The notes below the pieces were generated by a model that was given only the letters and a program-made list of their open reading frames with translations, was not told the origin of the DNA and searched no databases. A program made the position numbers and the translations under genes. Positions 39,055 to 52,650 of a stretch of DNA of 64,000 nucleotides are shown here, one piece after another (the stretch's first letter is position 1; each line of letters starts with the position of its first letter). Origin of the DNA: Eledone cirrhosa (lineage: Eukaryota). Location of the stretch: assembly GCA_964016885.1 (NCBI GenBank), contig OZ024743.1, positions 307,272,001 to 307,336,000 on the forward strand. The letters run 5' to 3'.

Positions 39055-39335
39055 TAATTAACCCTTTCATTACTATATTTCTAATAAAAGACACTGCCTA
39101 TGTCTTTAACATTTTCATTACAATATTTCTAATGAAACATAGTCTATGTCTTTAACCCTTTCATTACTATATTTCTTATGTAGGACACTGTTTATATAAT
39201 TAACCCTTTCATTACCATATTCTAATGAAAGACACTACCTTTGTCAGTAACTCTTTCATTACCATATTTCTAATGAAAGACACTGTCTATGCCTTTAACT
39301 CTTTCATTACCATATTTCAAATAAAAGACACTGCC
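39055..39335. repeat. ~42-bp tandem repeat beginning with a piggyBac-like end (TTAACCCTTTCATTAC)
   Basis: About 7 units. An inverted homologous array lies at 23790-23950. Confidence 0.7.
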
Positions 39336-39465
39336 TTAATAAATAACGATAGTAACTGACATATGGATTAGTAGGAATCCATTAAAATAGGTGGCTTTGT
39401 TTCATAGAACCAGAGCATGTTTGACAAAGTTGATATGAAAAGAATTAAATTAAAAGTGGTCTTAC

Positions 39466-39749
39466 CTATTAGAAACCCTTCAAGAATGGTAACCAGACCA
39501 TTTGCTGTTTCAGTAATACCAATAGCAGAACTGTATTTATTAGAACCAACAAAATCCAAAATAACAATAGGATATAATCCACAGGGGCTTCCATGAAACA
39601 GACCCACAAATAAACTGCAAGTTGCTAATGATCCATAAGTGTAGAAAATGGTTGAAATACACACTGTGATACCAAATCCGATAGAGATGATTGCATATAA
39701 GTACACAAACCTCCATCCTGTAATTCTAAGTATTGCACCCACAATAAGC
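39466..39749 (-). CDS. SLC16-like exon, TM8-11 (LIVGAILR...ILDFVGSNKYSSAIG...GFLIG)
   Basis: tgtAG / GTAAG boundaries. D.VG....SSA.G motif typical of SLC16 TM10-11. Confidence 0.88.
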
Positions 39750-41355
39750 CTACAATTGAAGATAGAAAAACATATCAGCATTTAAAAGTGTATTTCGGGC
39801 AAACATTTTCAAAGAGCAAAAAAAAAAAAAAAAAAAAAAAAAATGAACAAATCTATTTCAGCCTTAAACATTTAAATCAGCCAGAATTTGTTCACCTCTT
39901 TCTGTTCAAACTGACTGTAACTGGATGGCCATACTGATAGATAATATCAAAATATCAAAATAGATAATATCAAAATTTCATAGATTCGATATTATGTAAG
40001 ATAAAGTGTTTACCATGAAACTACAATAGTATATATATAGAGTAATGTAAATGCTAAAGAGTTAATGTAAAGATTGAGCAGAAAATATCTAAAAATGCAT
40101 TTGTCAATTCAAAAGTTTATAGCATTTTTACTAGTGGACAAATCATTGTGAAATTTTACAGAATTAGAAAATATGTAAATTTCAAAAATATCTTGCTAAT
40201 GTGGTTTCAGGTAGTTTTTTAAATTCAAATCATCATCATCATCATCATCACTTATCGCCATCACCGTTTAACATCTATTTTCCATGCTAGCATGGGTTTA
40301 GATGAGCTGCCCCATTGTGAGACAAGGCAGGTCAGCTGACCATGTCTTGTTCATACAGAACTTATTTGGCTTGGTTTCTATGTCTGGATGCCCTTCCTAA
40401 TGTCAACCACATTTATAGTGTGAACTGGGTGCTTTTTGTCATGACACCTACATGATCAATTTACAATGTGGATTGGGGACTTGGTTGGGGGAGGTGCATG
40501 TGTGAGGAGTGGAGTGTTAAGACATGGGTGGGGTGTTTCGACATGGGAGGTGTATGGAAGGGATGATGGAGGGGAAGGTAGTGCATACTAGATGTATGCC
40601 TCAACTCGTGCGCATGAGAGGGCGAGTCTTCTGTATTACTGCATAACACCAGAGATCATGGTCCTGTGTGGCCTTTGAGAGGTACTATTGTTAAAGGTCA
40701 GCTTTTGTCACCTTATCCCAAGTCTTCCTAGGCCTTCCTATGCTATAGCTTCCATCAAATGTTTATAATACCTTTACTAGTGGACAGATTGTTGTAAAAA
40801 TCTGCAGTATTAGAAATATCCCATTAATCTTTAATGGTACAGGATGTTATGATTTAACAGAACTTTGGAAACAATTTTAAATTATGATGATGACACCTAG
40901 AACCCTCATAAGTATTCCCAAAAAGATTACTCAATAAGGTTAGGTTTCAAATTTTACTGTTAAAAACAAATGTTCCTAAAATCAGATGGTATAAACACTA
41001 TGATGTGAAGAGAAATAAATTTGGTGGAAAGTCACCTGATATCTGGAAAGACACCTAAGTAATGGCAATCGGGAGTGATAATCCCAATTTTTCAAAAAGG
41101 GAGACAAGAGAGATTCTTCCAATTACAGACGGATCTCCTTGTTAAGCCTCTCTGGTAAAATCTAAGCTAAGTATCTGGCAAAGAGATGAAGGGAGATTGT
41201 CAAGTCCAAGCTAGCGGATGAACACCAGTGAGGGATCCTGCTGGATTAGTTGGAGATGGTTGCTTCTGATAGGACCCGCTAGAAGGAGTGTTTGAGGACT
41301 CTGCCCCCACACTCTTCTCAGGAATAAGTGGGCGAAGAAGAAGAAGACGACTTAC

Positions 41356-41848
41356 CTGACAAAGATTGAAGCGGAACACATGATGGATAAAAGCTGAGTG
41401 GTTTCTATCAGACTGAAACCTTTGTTGTCCAAAAAACTAGCATAGATACTAGTCATAAGGTTCATATTCCCACTGCTGAGACAAAGAGGAAGTAAAAACA
41501 GGCTAAACATAATGTTCTTGAATACACTGAAATCCAGCAGCTTTTTACTGGACTTCAGTTTAATTGGTAACTGAAGAATGTTGAATTTCTTGTTGGTTTT
41601 ATCAGCTTGGATCTGACAAAACAGAAGAAATAGTCCAAAGGGACAAATATTAAAGACAAATCCTGACAAAATGAGAAGGCAGCTTTCCCAAGAATACACA
41701 TTGAGGATATATGGAATAAAAAGTGGAAATATGACTCCACCAATTGGTCCAGCTGTTGATAATATCGAGATAAAGATGGTTGCTCGGTTGCCAAAATAGA
41801 TTCCAACAACTACAAATATGGTCACATACACAAGAGAGCATCCAACTC
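41356..41848 (-). CDS. SLC16-like exon, TM4-8 (GVGCSLVY...YFGNRA...YSWESCLLILSG...LLDFSVFKN...SIFVR)
   Basis: ttttAG / GTAAG boundaries. SLC16-type motifs YF.xR.A, YxW..xLL and LDFS.FK. Phases match flanking exons. Confidence 0.88.
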
Positions 41849-43095
41849 CTAAAAAGGAAAAGAAATATGTATTAACTCTTAACATCCTGCACCACATGAA
41901 ACCACATTAGCAAGGCATTCTTGAAAAATATAAAACAGTTCAATGACTGTGTCCCATTAAAAACTTAAGCTCTTAACTCTAATACTGTCAATTTTCTCAA
42001 TGATCTGTTCTCTAGTAAAGATCTTATAAACATTTGAATTAACAAAACCATTTTTAGATATTTTCTGCAAGAATGATAAGAGCTCCACATGCCACCAAAC
42101 CAACATAAATGAAACATAAGAGTCAGTTTACTTAATGGCCCCAGTTGACAGGATGGAGAAAACATTGCCTTGGAGGATGGTCTGGAACAGTCACTCCACC
42201 TCATGGATCTCATACTTGCAAGCAGTTAGCTCCGCTCTGATAGCAGTGAGCAGGGATGTAGTCCGGGGTCAAGTTCAGCCTTATCACATGTTAATTTTGA
42301 TACAGAATTATGGTGGAAAGGAGAGAATTAAATCAATTCTCCCACTTGCCCAAATTTTGGGTTTTGTGTTAATGTTATAACATTTTTATCTATTAGGGAG
42401 TTGAACTTGCAGAATCATTAGAGTTTCAGAAGAAATCTTCTGGCTCTACATTCTGAGTTCAAATCCTGGCAAGATCAGTGTTACGTTTTATGGTGCTGGG
42501 GTCCTTAAAATAAAGTAGCAGTCAAATACTGGGGTTAATTTAACTCTTTCATGACCACATTTCTAATGAAATACACTATATTTTAATTAATTAATGAAGA
42601 ATTTTGATGGATTTACTGAAACTATTAATTATTTAATTACTAAGATAGTATCTCAATGTATGGTTCATCATCATCATCATCATCACCGTTTTACGTCTGT
42701 TCTTCCATGCTAGCATGGGTTAGATGGGAGTTCTTATATAAAATTATGTTGGAAGATTTTAATTTAAATTGGAAACCTTTAAAATGGGTGGTTTTATTTC
42801 ATAGAACCAGAGATGGTTTTGGTCAGGTTGGTAACTAAAGGATTAATCAACTTTCTCCTCCTCCTTCCCTCCCGTCAAATTGCTGGCCTTGTGCCTGGTG
42901 GATTGGCAGTATCGGTAGAGTGTCAAACACCATGCTTTGCAGCATAGAGTTATGGACCTTTACGTTCTGAGTTCAAATCCCACCAAGGTTAACTTTGCCT
43001 TTCATCCTTAAGGGGTCGATAAAATAACGTACCAGTAATGCATTGAGGGTAATTGCTGGCCTTGTGCCAAAAGTAGAAACAATTATTATACTTAC

Positions 43096-43239
43096 CGAAA
43101 GAAATGCCAACAGTAAGAAACAGATAGAAGGCACTGTCTGCAAAAGCAGAGACAAGTAACATTACTCCTTGGCAAAAACCTCCAATGATAACCACACCTG
43201 GGCCTCCAATTTTGTTAATTAAAGAACCAACAAATAAAC
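43096..43239 (-). CDS. SLC16/monocarboxylate-transporter-like MFS gene, TM3-4 exon (GLFVGSLINKIGGPGVVIIGG...LFLTVGISFG)
   Basis: AG/GTAAG boundaries on -. 144-nt phase 1-1 exon of the size and position typical of SLC16 genes (GP..S.LVNK.G.R.V...GG). Confidence 0.85.
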
Positions 43240-43363
43240 CTTTAATAAATAATACAGAAAAAGAAATAGAATCAAAGATAGTAAATGAGATTTATTAGAA
43301 TATTATATCAATAAAAACACTTTTAAGGCCTTTTAACCCATTAGCATTTACATTACTCTCTAT

Positions 43364-43615
43364 ATACCGTGTAGGTAACACGGTAAAAACCTCCCAGTCC
43401 ACACTGTAATGTGGCCGTGTAGGTAACACTGTAAAAACCTTCCAGTCCACACTGTAAATGTGATTGGTGTTAGGAAGGGCATCCAGCCGTAGAACACCCG
43501 CCAGACAGTCCTATACGAGCAGGACAACCAATCTTGCCTCAAGTGGGAAAACTCCCGTCCAAACCCATGCAAGCGTAGAAGATGGACGTTAAACGATGAT
43601 GATGATGATGATGAT
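43364..43615 (+). mobile_element. RTE 3' UTR-only fragment
   Basis: Matches the 3' UTR of the other RTE copies; GAT tail. Confidence 0.8.
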
Positions 43616-44069
43616 ACTATTGTATTTTCATGGTAAACACTTTACCTCACATAATTATTTCACATAATATTGAATCTATGAGATTTTGATATTATTTATT
43701 TTGAGAACAATAAAGTACCAGTAATACACTGAGTAATTGCTGGCCTTGTGCCAAAAGTAGAAACAATTATTTATTTTGAGAACAATACCGTAACATCAAT
43801 ATGAAGGGCTGGTTATGGCTGGTTTGAACAGAAACGAGGTGAGAGAATTCTAGCCAGATATGACTGGTTTAAATGCTAAAGAGTTAAGGCATTATAGATT
43901 AGATAACATACATAGTGGGTCATAATTGGCTTCATTAGAAATATACTGATGAAAGGCTTGAAAAGATCTTTATTTATTTAGTAGAAGTAGTCACAGCTAG
44001 TTTTACTCAAATATTTCTATGATACAAAAAATCATGTCATCTGACCCACCCTGTTAAGGACTGTGATAA

Positions 44070-45977
44070 CACTGGTCAACAAAAAAATATTCATTTCATG
44101 GTTCTGGTATAATTTAGTATGATTCTGGGGTAATCAAGTGTGCAGAATCTGAATATGACAACAGTTAAGCTGTATCGGGTCTAGTTTTCGAGAATCAGCA
44201 TATCCATGTTTATGACCTATAGCTATGTGGCTCATATTACTTCATCCAATTGTATCCACTATATTTAGTTGTTAACTAATTTATACTTACTGCTTTTGTT
44301 TCAGATCACAGAATTGTAACTATCCTCAGCTATTCTTGGATAATTCACAACAATTTTGACTAGTGGGAGAGATGGAGCGCCGGAAATGTGTAAATGACCC
44401 AGACCGATTTTGCTATATTTGTGGAATACTTACCCCAGAAAGCATAAAGAAACCAATCACAAAAGCAGTTCGAGTAAACTACAAATGCTACTTCAAATGT
44501 CCATTAAGAGATCAGGACAAGAAATGGGCGCCTCATATAGCGCGTAGGTCATCTGTTAATCACCTAAGTGAATGGAAGAATGGGAAACAAAGTTCTGGTT
44601 TGCCATTTGCCGTACCAATGGTGTGGTGAGAACCAAGAGACCACAATAACGATTGAAACTTCTGCCATATAAACATCCAAGGAATAACTGTGAAGACACG
44701 AACTACACTTCAATACCCCAATATCTCGTCAGCAATCCGACCAGTACCTCACAGTGACGAATTACCTGTTTCAGTTCTACCTGCTGAACACGAGCTAATC
44801 TCTGATTCTGATTCCAGTAGCACCCCTATTGATGATGACTATCAAGATGAACATGAGACAACTGAACCCATACCATTTAACCAGGAAGCTCTTCACGATC
44901 TCATTAAAGACCTACATTTGTCTAAAGAAAAGGCAGAGCTCCTGGGATCAAAACTGAAGCAACGAAATCTGCTGGAACCTGGTGTCCGCATTACAACCAC
45001 TCGTCATCGTCATAAACAACTTAATTAGTCTACTTCTAGGTCTTCAGACTGGTTACACAAAGCATATGTGTATTCTATGTTTGTGGAATAGTAGAGCAGA
45101 TGCGGAGCACTACATGAAGAAGGATTGGCCAACAAGACCAAAGGATGCACCCGGTAGATTCAACTGTCTGTACAAACCTCTCGTGTATCCAGAAAAAGTA
45201 TTCCTCCCTCCATTACATCTCAAATTAGGCTTGGCCAAAAACTTTATTAAAAGCATGGATCATACAGGTAATGGGTTTCAGTACTTGTGTAAGAAATTAG
45301 GTAGAGTGGTATCTGAAGCAAAGTTAAAAGCAGGGGTTTTGAATGGTCCTCAGATTCGTATGCTGGTTAATGATAGTGAGTTTACGAAAACACTAAACCC
45401 TTTGGAGATGTGACACAGAACTTTCTTAGAAACCACCGTGCAGACAACTATAAAGAAATTGTTGAAACCATGATACAAAATGATCGCGCTCTGGGTTCAC
45501 GAATGTCGTTGAAGCTTCATTTCTTCCATTCTCATCTGGATTTCTTCCCAAGTAATGTAGGAGACATCAGAATATGGAGAGAGGTTTCACCAGGACATTG
45601 CCATAATGGAGGGTAGGTATCAGGGTCGGTTCAATCCCAACATGATGGGCGACTACTGCTGGACACTGCAACGTGAGGAGAGCCAGCAAAACAAGCGTAA
45701 AAGCAAAATCCAGAATTTTTTTTAGAAATGTTTTGAAATATTTTATGTTCAGAATGTTGTTCAGTAAAAAATAAATAAAAATATGTTTATATATTTTTAT
45801 TAATAAGTTAATATGTTTATATCTAAGTCATCATATGTTACACAATGGATAAACAATGCAATACGAGGAACATATTTTCGATCTCATATTAAGGCATTCT
45901 GGTGCGATAGCAAAGTATGAATATCAAAACTGAATTTAGTGCTATGAAATTAGTAAGATGCACATGTAAGAACAGTG
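44070..45977 (+). mobile_element. Chapaev3-like (CMC) DNA transposon, pseudogenised
   Basis: Termini CACTGGTC.../...GAACAGTG with TAA 3-bp TSD on both sides. Transposase fragments CVNDPDRFCYICG, WAPH, YPNISSAIRPVPHS, LSKEKAELLGSKL, GYTKHMCILCLWNSRA, LPPLHLKLGL, MSLKLHFFHSHLDFFP, GERFHQDI. Family assignment is from memory of these motifs. Confidence 0.78.
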
Positions 45978-46431
45978 TAATCTATCAAACCCATGGTGGT
46001 GATGGCAGTGGGTGATGATGGTGTGAGAAGAAGAAGAAGAAGAAGAAGAAGAAATCCAATGGAATGGAATGTTTTATGGTATCTTGGTATTTCTCTGTGT
46101 GTTCTAGGTTTAAATCCTGACTCATCATTCTACCATGTATTGGTACTGGCAGATCATAGTAGCAATGGAATGACCAACAGAAACATATTCTCCTTGGTAT
46201 GGGGATACCGCTGTAGCAATAGAATATTCAATGATAGAGTTATCTGTTCTTGAGAAGTTGCTGTTAGTTGAATCACTGAATCAAGAGCACTGGGCCCTGC
46301 AGCTGAAATGTTGACATTTTATATATGCTATTGCCACCTCTGCACTATATATACTTCTGCTAACAACAACTTACTATACACTCACTCATTCTATATATAT
46401 ATACTCACTTATTCTATATATATCTATCTAT

Positions 46432-46925
46432 CTAGGGCGGGTAAAATTCCCAAGATCCATGGATGAGTTCTCTCCAGCGGTCTCTGTCCCTCATTATCGC
46501 TGCCATGTCCTGCGTCTCCAACAGACTAGTGTCTGTCCTTAGGGCATCAACAAATGTTAAGCTTGGTCTTCCTCTTCCAGTGTGTCCATGCAGGGGCTCC
46601 CACAGGAGCACTGTGTGCAGTGTCAACTCTGGATGTCGGTGAGCATGTCCAGCTAACGTCAGTCTTCTCTGTGTCACTTTTGAGCTGACTTTGGGAGGCT
46701 CCCATACAGCTCTGAGTTCTTCATCCTCAGTGTATACTGATTAATCCTCAGCATTCTCAGTGAGTGAGTTTCTTGGTCAGTGTCCAAGCCTCAGACTCGT
46801 ACAGCAGCACAGACTCCACTACAGCAACGAAGAGGCGGATATTCAGGTCTTTACGAAGGTCCGACTTCCACACTGATCTCAAGCTGTGGCACACTGCCCA
46901 GGCTTTGCTCTTCCTCTCGACCACA
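46432..46925 (-). mobile_element. RTE/RTEX-like LINE 3' fragment (different family)
   Basis: KAWAVCHSLRSVWKS...VESVLLYESEAWTL and RRLTLAGH..RH...GRGRP. Confidence 0.75.
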
Positions 46926-48445
46926 TCTATATATATACATTCACTCATTCTATATATAAACTATATATACATTCACTCATTCTATATATAAACTATATAT
47001 ACACTCACTCATTCTATATATACTATATATACACTCACTCACTCTATATATATATATACTATATATACACTCACTCATTCTATATATACTATATATACAC
47101 TCACTCACTCTATATATATATATACTATATATACACTCACTCATTCTATATATATATATACTATATATACACTCACTCATTCTATATATACTATATATAC
47201 ACTCACTCATTCTATATATATACTATATATACACTCACTCACTCTATATATATATATATACTATATATACACTCACTCATTCTATATATACTATATATAC
47301 ACTCACTCATTCTATATATATACTATATATACACTCACTCATTCTATATATATACTATATATACACTTACTCATTCTATATATACTATATATACACTCAC
47401 TCATTCTATATATATACTATATATACACTCACTCATTCTATATATATACTATATATACACTCACTCACTCTATATATACTATATATACACTCACTCATTC
47501 TATATATACTATATATACACTCACTCATTCTATATATACTATATATACACTCACTCATTCTATATATACTATATATACACTCACTCATTCTATATATACT
47601 ATATATACACTCACTCATTCTATATATACTATATATACACTCACTCATTCTATATATACTATATATACACTCACTCACTCTATATATATACTATATATAT
47701 ACACTCACTCTATATATATACTATATATACACAGGGCCGTCTTAACAGCATTATAGGCTCCCAGCCCCCAGGCAACTGCCCAGCGTGCCCATGTGTTAAG
47801 ACGACCCTGTATATACACTCACTCATTCTCTATATATATATTATATATACACTCTCTCATTCTATATATATACACTCACTCATTCTATATATATATATAT
47901 ATACTATATATACACTTACTCATTCTATAAATATACTCACTCATTCTATATAAATACTATATATACACTCACTCATTCTATATAAATACTATATATACAC
48001 TCTCATTCTATATAAATACTATATATACACTCACTCATTCTATATAAATACTATATATACACTCACTCATTCTATATATATATACTATATATACACTTAC
48101 TCATTCTATATATACACTCACTTATTCTATAAATACTATATATACACTCACTCATTCTATATATATACTATATATACACTTACTCATTCTATATATACAC
48201 TCACTCATTCTATATATACTATATATACACTCACTCATTCTATATATATACTATATATACACTCACTCATTCTATATATATACTATATATACACTTACTC
48301 ATTCTATATATACACTCACTCATTCTATAAATACTATATATACACTCACTCATTCTATATATATACTATATATACACTTACTCATTCTATATATACACTC
48401 ACTCATTCTATATATACTATATATACACTCACTCATTCTATATAG
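46925..48445. repeat. ~30-bp minisatellite (CTATATATACACTCACTCATTCTATATATA)
   Basis: Long tandem array with variable TA length. Confidence 0.95.
47732..47809. mobile_element. 78-bp hAT-type MITE inside a minisatellite
   Basis: TIRs CAGGG(C/T)CGTCTTAACA (15/16 match) and 8-bp TSD TATATACA. Confidence 0.8.
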
Positions 48446-48953
48446 TTACAAATATTTACCATGAGGAAGTATAATTCACTTCCGTACATAAGATAATAAT
48501 AATAATGGTTTCTGATTTAGGAACAAGGCCAACAATTTTGGGGGAGGAGAAAGTCAATGAAATCAACCCCAATGCATGACTGGTGCTTTATTTTATCAAC
48601 CACGTAAAGATGAAATGCAAAGCTAAAATAATAATAATAATAATAATAATCACCATCATCACCATTTTACGTCCATTCTTCCACACTAGCATGGGTTAGA
48701 CGGGTTGTCCTGTTGTGGGCAGTGTCCGGTCGGCTGACCTTGTCTTGCTCATACGGGAACTGATTCTGGCTTGATTTCTACAGCTGGATGCCCTTCCTAA
48801 CACCAACCTCATTTACAGTGAGTGCTGGGTGCTTTTTTGCCGTGGCACCTCCACGACCACTTTGCAGTTGAGTAAACTGGAGCAATGTGAAATAAAGTGT
48901 CTTGCTCAAGGAAACAACACATCACCCAGTCCAAGAATTGAACTAATAATAAT

Positions 48954-48986
<33 letters not shown>

Positions 48987-49456
48987 AGACCCCCCCCCCC
49001 ATTTGGTCTTGACTAACTGTAGGTTTGCACCTGGCATTGCTTCTCTATGACACAAGTCTAGGTAAGGTGGTTTGTGGAAGACTAGTAGTCACCCATGCAT
49101 GCCAGTTTCCTCTCTCCTTGTCATGGGAAACTGACCTCCAAGGGCAAAGGCCATTACAGCTTGGCAACAGTGTTGTTGCAGGTGAATGACTCCTCTTGGA
49201 TGGGATGCTAATCCATTACAGGGCTAACTCATTTTTTGTAGCTGGGTGGGCTGGAGCTACATGAAAAAGAGTGTTTGGCTCAAGGACACAATGAGCCAAC
49301 TTGTCTGATCTTGAGCTCAGTGTCACTTTGTGTAAATGGCAATTGTGTAAATGGCAATTGTTTTTGTTAGCTCATAGTCTCCTGGTGGTAAATAAATCAG
49401 TAAACAATATAAAATAGACAATAAAAACTTATTCTATAAAAATTAATATTTCTATA

Positions 49457-50647
49457 TAACTAAGAACACAGATTTTACATGTGGCCGGTGCTCTGGTGCA
49501 ATAAGTAGCAGCAAGTGCCCACAGAATACTAGCTCTTTCAATTGCGCAGAGGGTTCTATAGAAATAGTGGACAGCTTCCGTTACCTGGGTGACAAAATCA
49601 GCAGTGGGGGAGGGTGCTCTGAAAGTACAGTAGCTAGAGTCAGAACTGGATGGAAAAAGTTCAGAGAGCTTATACCACTATTAGCAGCTAAAGGGTTCTC
49701 CCTAAAAATGAAAGGCAGGTTGTATGATGCCTGCATGCGAACAGCAATGTTGCATGGCAGTGAGACCTTGGCATTGTGTGCAGAGGATATACGCAGACTA
49801 GAGAGGAACGAAGCTTGCATGCTCCGCTGGATGTGTAATAGTAATATATGTGAACGGCAAAGCATAAACGAACTAAGGAAAAAATTAGAAATAAGAGGGA
49901 TCAGATGTTGTTTACTCAAGAGAAGGCTACGTTGGTATGGTCACGTGATGCGCATGAAAGACGACAGCTGTATAACAAAGTGCAGGGCAATAAAGATAGA
50001 TGGTAGCCATGGAGTAGGCAGACCCAGAAAAACCTGGGACGAGCTGATAAATTCCGACCTCACACACTTACACCTCTCCAAGACAATGTCACTGGACCGA
50101 GACCTTTGGCGGTACTCAGTAACAGAGAAGACCCGCCTTACCTAAATACAAAATAAAACCTACTACAGTCAGTAGGCATCTCTAACAAAATACACCCCGT
50201 CCCACCACCCCCACCCCATCCACACTGCCCCTTTCAATGTAAAGTTATGTTGGTGCCACAACATTCAGGCCGAAACAAATGAGATCGTGTAGGTGTCACG
50301 ACAAAAAACACACAGTCCACGCTGTAATGTGGCCGTGTAGGCAACACGGTAAAAACCGCCCAGTCCCAGACTGTAAATGTGGTTGGTGTTAGGAAGGGCA
50401 TCCAGCTGTAGAAAACACGCCAGACAGTCCACGCTGTAATGTGGCCGTGTAAGCAACATGGTAAAAACCTCCCAGCCCCACACTGTAAATGTGGTTGGTG
50501 TTAGGAAGGGCATCCAGCTGTAGAAAACCCGCCAGACAGACCTATGCGAGCAAGATAACCACTCTTGCCTCAAGTGGGAAAACTCCCGTCCAAACCCATG
50601 CAAGCGTGGAACATGGACGTTAAACGATGATGATGATGATGATGATG
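49457..50647 (+). mobile_element. RTE LINE 5'-truncated copy with 8-bp TSD and duplicated 3' UTR segment
   Basis: TSD ATTTCTAT at 49448-49455 and 50648-50655. C-terminal ORF 49567-50145. Confidence 0.93.
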
Positions 50648-52650
50648 ATTTCTATTTCTTATACATGTCGTATTTTTGCCCCAAAAGTTTAATCAACCCT
50701 TCGGTAGACTCAGCAATCCCTGGGGGGTTGATATCAACGACTTTTGAGACCTCTAATTTAAAAACAATGCACAAAAACAACACTTTCAGTGGCAATCCAA
50801 TGAATCATTGACTTATCAAACATTTCTTCTTTTTTATTTATATATGTTTTTGTGGAGTGGGAGGGGGGTATTTAGCTGTGAGGTCATATCTTTCTAAATT
50901 CCATAATATAAGAAATACCATATAACAAATTGTCAAAAATTGTCATTGTATTTTTAATCCTATATTTACCCCGGTCTTCCATTTTCTACAGTCAATCAAA
51001 AAAATTAAAAATTGTCTATTCCAGTAATTCTCAACATGGGCCCTTAGGCCCACAAGTTGGCCTAATACATTTTTTAAATGAGCCCAAGGAAATAGGTGAG
51101 CTTATTATGAAAACACAAACTGCTTTTTTTAAAAGCAAATAATTCTAAACTTTAGAAGACGAATGTGTGTGTGACGATAGACACCAGGAGCAGTGTAGTC
51201 ACTAGTCAGGATATATATTTTCTACTACATTTTGCTTCTGTAAATAAAATGTATTTCCTGTTATATGGAATTTCTATTTGTGCTTTTGTGGACCTGAAAT
51301 ATTTTGACACCAAACATGTAAGCCTGAAATATTTTTGACACCTAAAATGGGCCACAGGGAAGGAAAGGTTGAGAACCACTGGTCTATTCTATTATTTCTG
51401 TTTCCATCATCCTTCTTCTATATTGCAACCAATAGGCAGTAAACATCAGATGTCATTAGAGCTCAGAATAAAATGTCTTGTAGTATTTGTTGACAACTTT
51501 CCTAACCTGAAAAGTTTAGAGTTCTGTTTACTCACAAAATCACAAAATCCCTATTGCAGTCACCGTGACCCGTTTGGCTTTATGAATGACACACCTAATT
51601 TCAAAATTGTCTTCAATTTTTTAGTAGTGTAGCCCACCTTATGATGAGCCACATCCTATGCGACCCACTGCTTGAAAAAGGTTGCCTGTGCCGGGTGTAT
51701 TGCATGAAATTCTATTAGTAAGACATTCTTGAAAAGTACAAAGCAGTACAATGAGTGCATTATCTTAGACTTTAAAGTTTTTACTCTAATACTCAAATTT
51801 TCACAACAATCTGTACACTATTAAATATACTGTATATATGTTTATCAATAAACCCATTTGTAGATAAATTTTTACTAAATCATTGCAGGATATTAAGAGT
51901 TAAATTTGGTGAAGATGGTGTCCAATAAGTCATTGGGATATCACTGAAAACTAGAGTGTGGTGACTCACCTCAGAACATTTCATATTTATGAGTATATCA
52001 AGATCCCAAGTTGATTGGATCCAACCATTAAGTGTGTGAAATCTCAAGAATAGAATGGAAAGATTATTATTATCAGCACTTTTACAACATTTAAAGACTA
52101 TGTCTTTAAATGCTAGATTATGAAGATGTTGTGAGTGAAAGATGTCAATTATCTTAATTGAATGAAAACATTAAAAATATTATATATATTATATATACTC
52201 ATATATAAGCCGAGAAATGTATGTGACAAAAAAATCAATGGTAAAATGGGTGGGAGTAGACTTATATTCGGAGTCAATATTTTGTCGAATTTCACTAACT
52301 TCAAATTCTATGTAAATAAGGTGCTAAAATAACTAAATTGATTATTTTACAATGAAACACTGTTTTCCTATATTTACTACATCATTATGAATATTCTCCA
52401 CAATTTTTTATAATTTGAACTTTATAATATGTAAATATCTCATACACATGCATTCCCACATACACACATGTACACACACACTACTTTTCTTACAATCTTA
52501 TGTAAGATTGAAATCTTACTTCTGACTTTTATCATATTGCTCTCACTTTCTTTCCCTTCTTACTGTCACCCTCTCTTTTTCTCACCCTGTCTCTCCTCTC
52601 TCTCTCACTTGCTGTCTCTCTCTCCCTCTTCTACCCTATGTATTATAATA

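Noticed and set aside
43940-43980. CTGATGA-AAGGCTT-GAAA-AGATCT-TT hammerhead-like string
   Set aside because: Stem II has a 1-nt loop and stem I does not pair. The context is a decayed CATTAGAAATATGGTAATGAAAGGGTTAA repeat end.
46886-47953. 355-aa Tyr/Ile/His-rich ORF
   Set aside because: Minisatellite translation.
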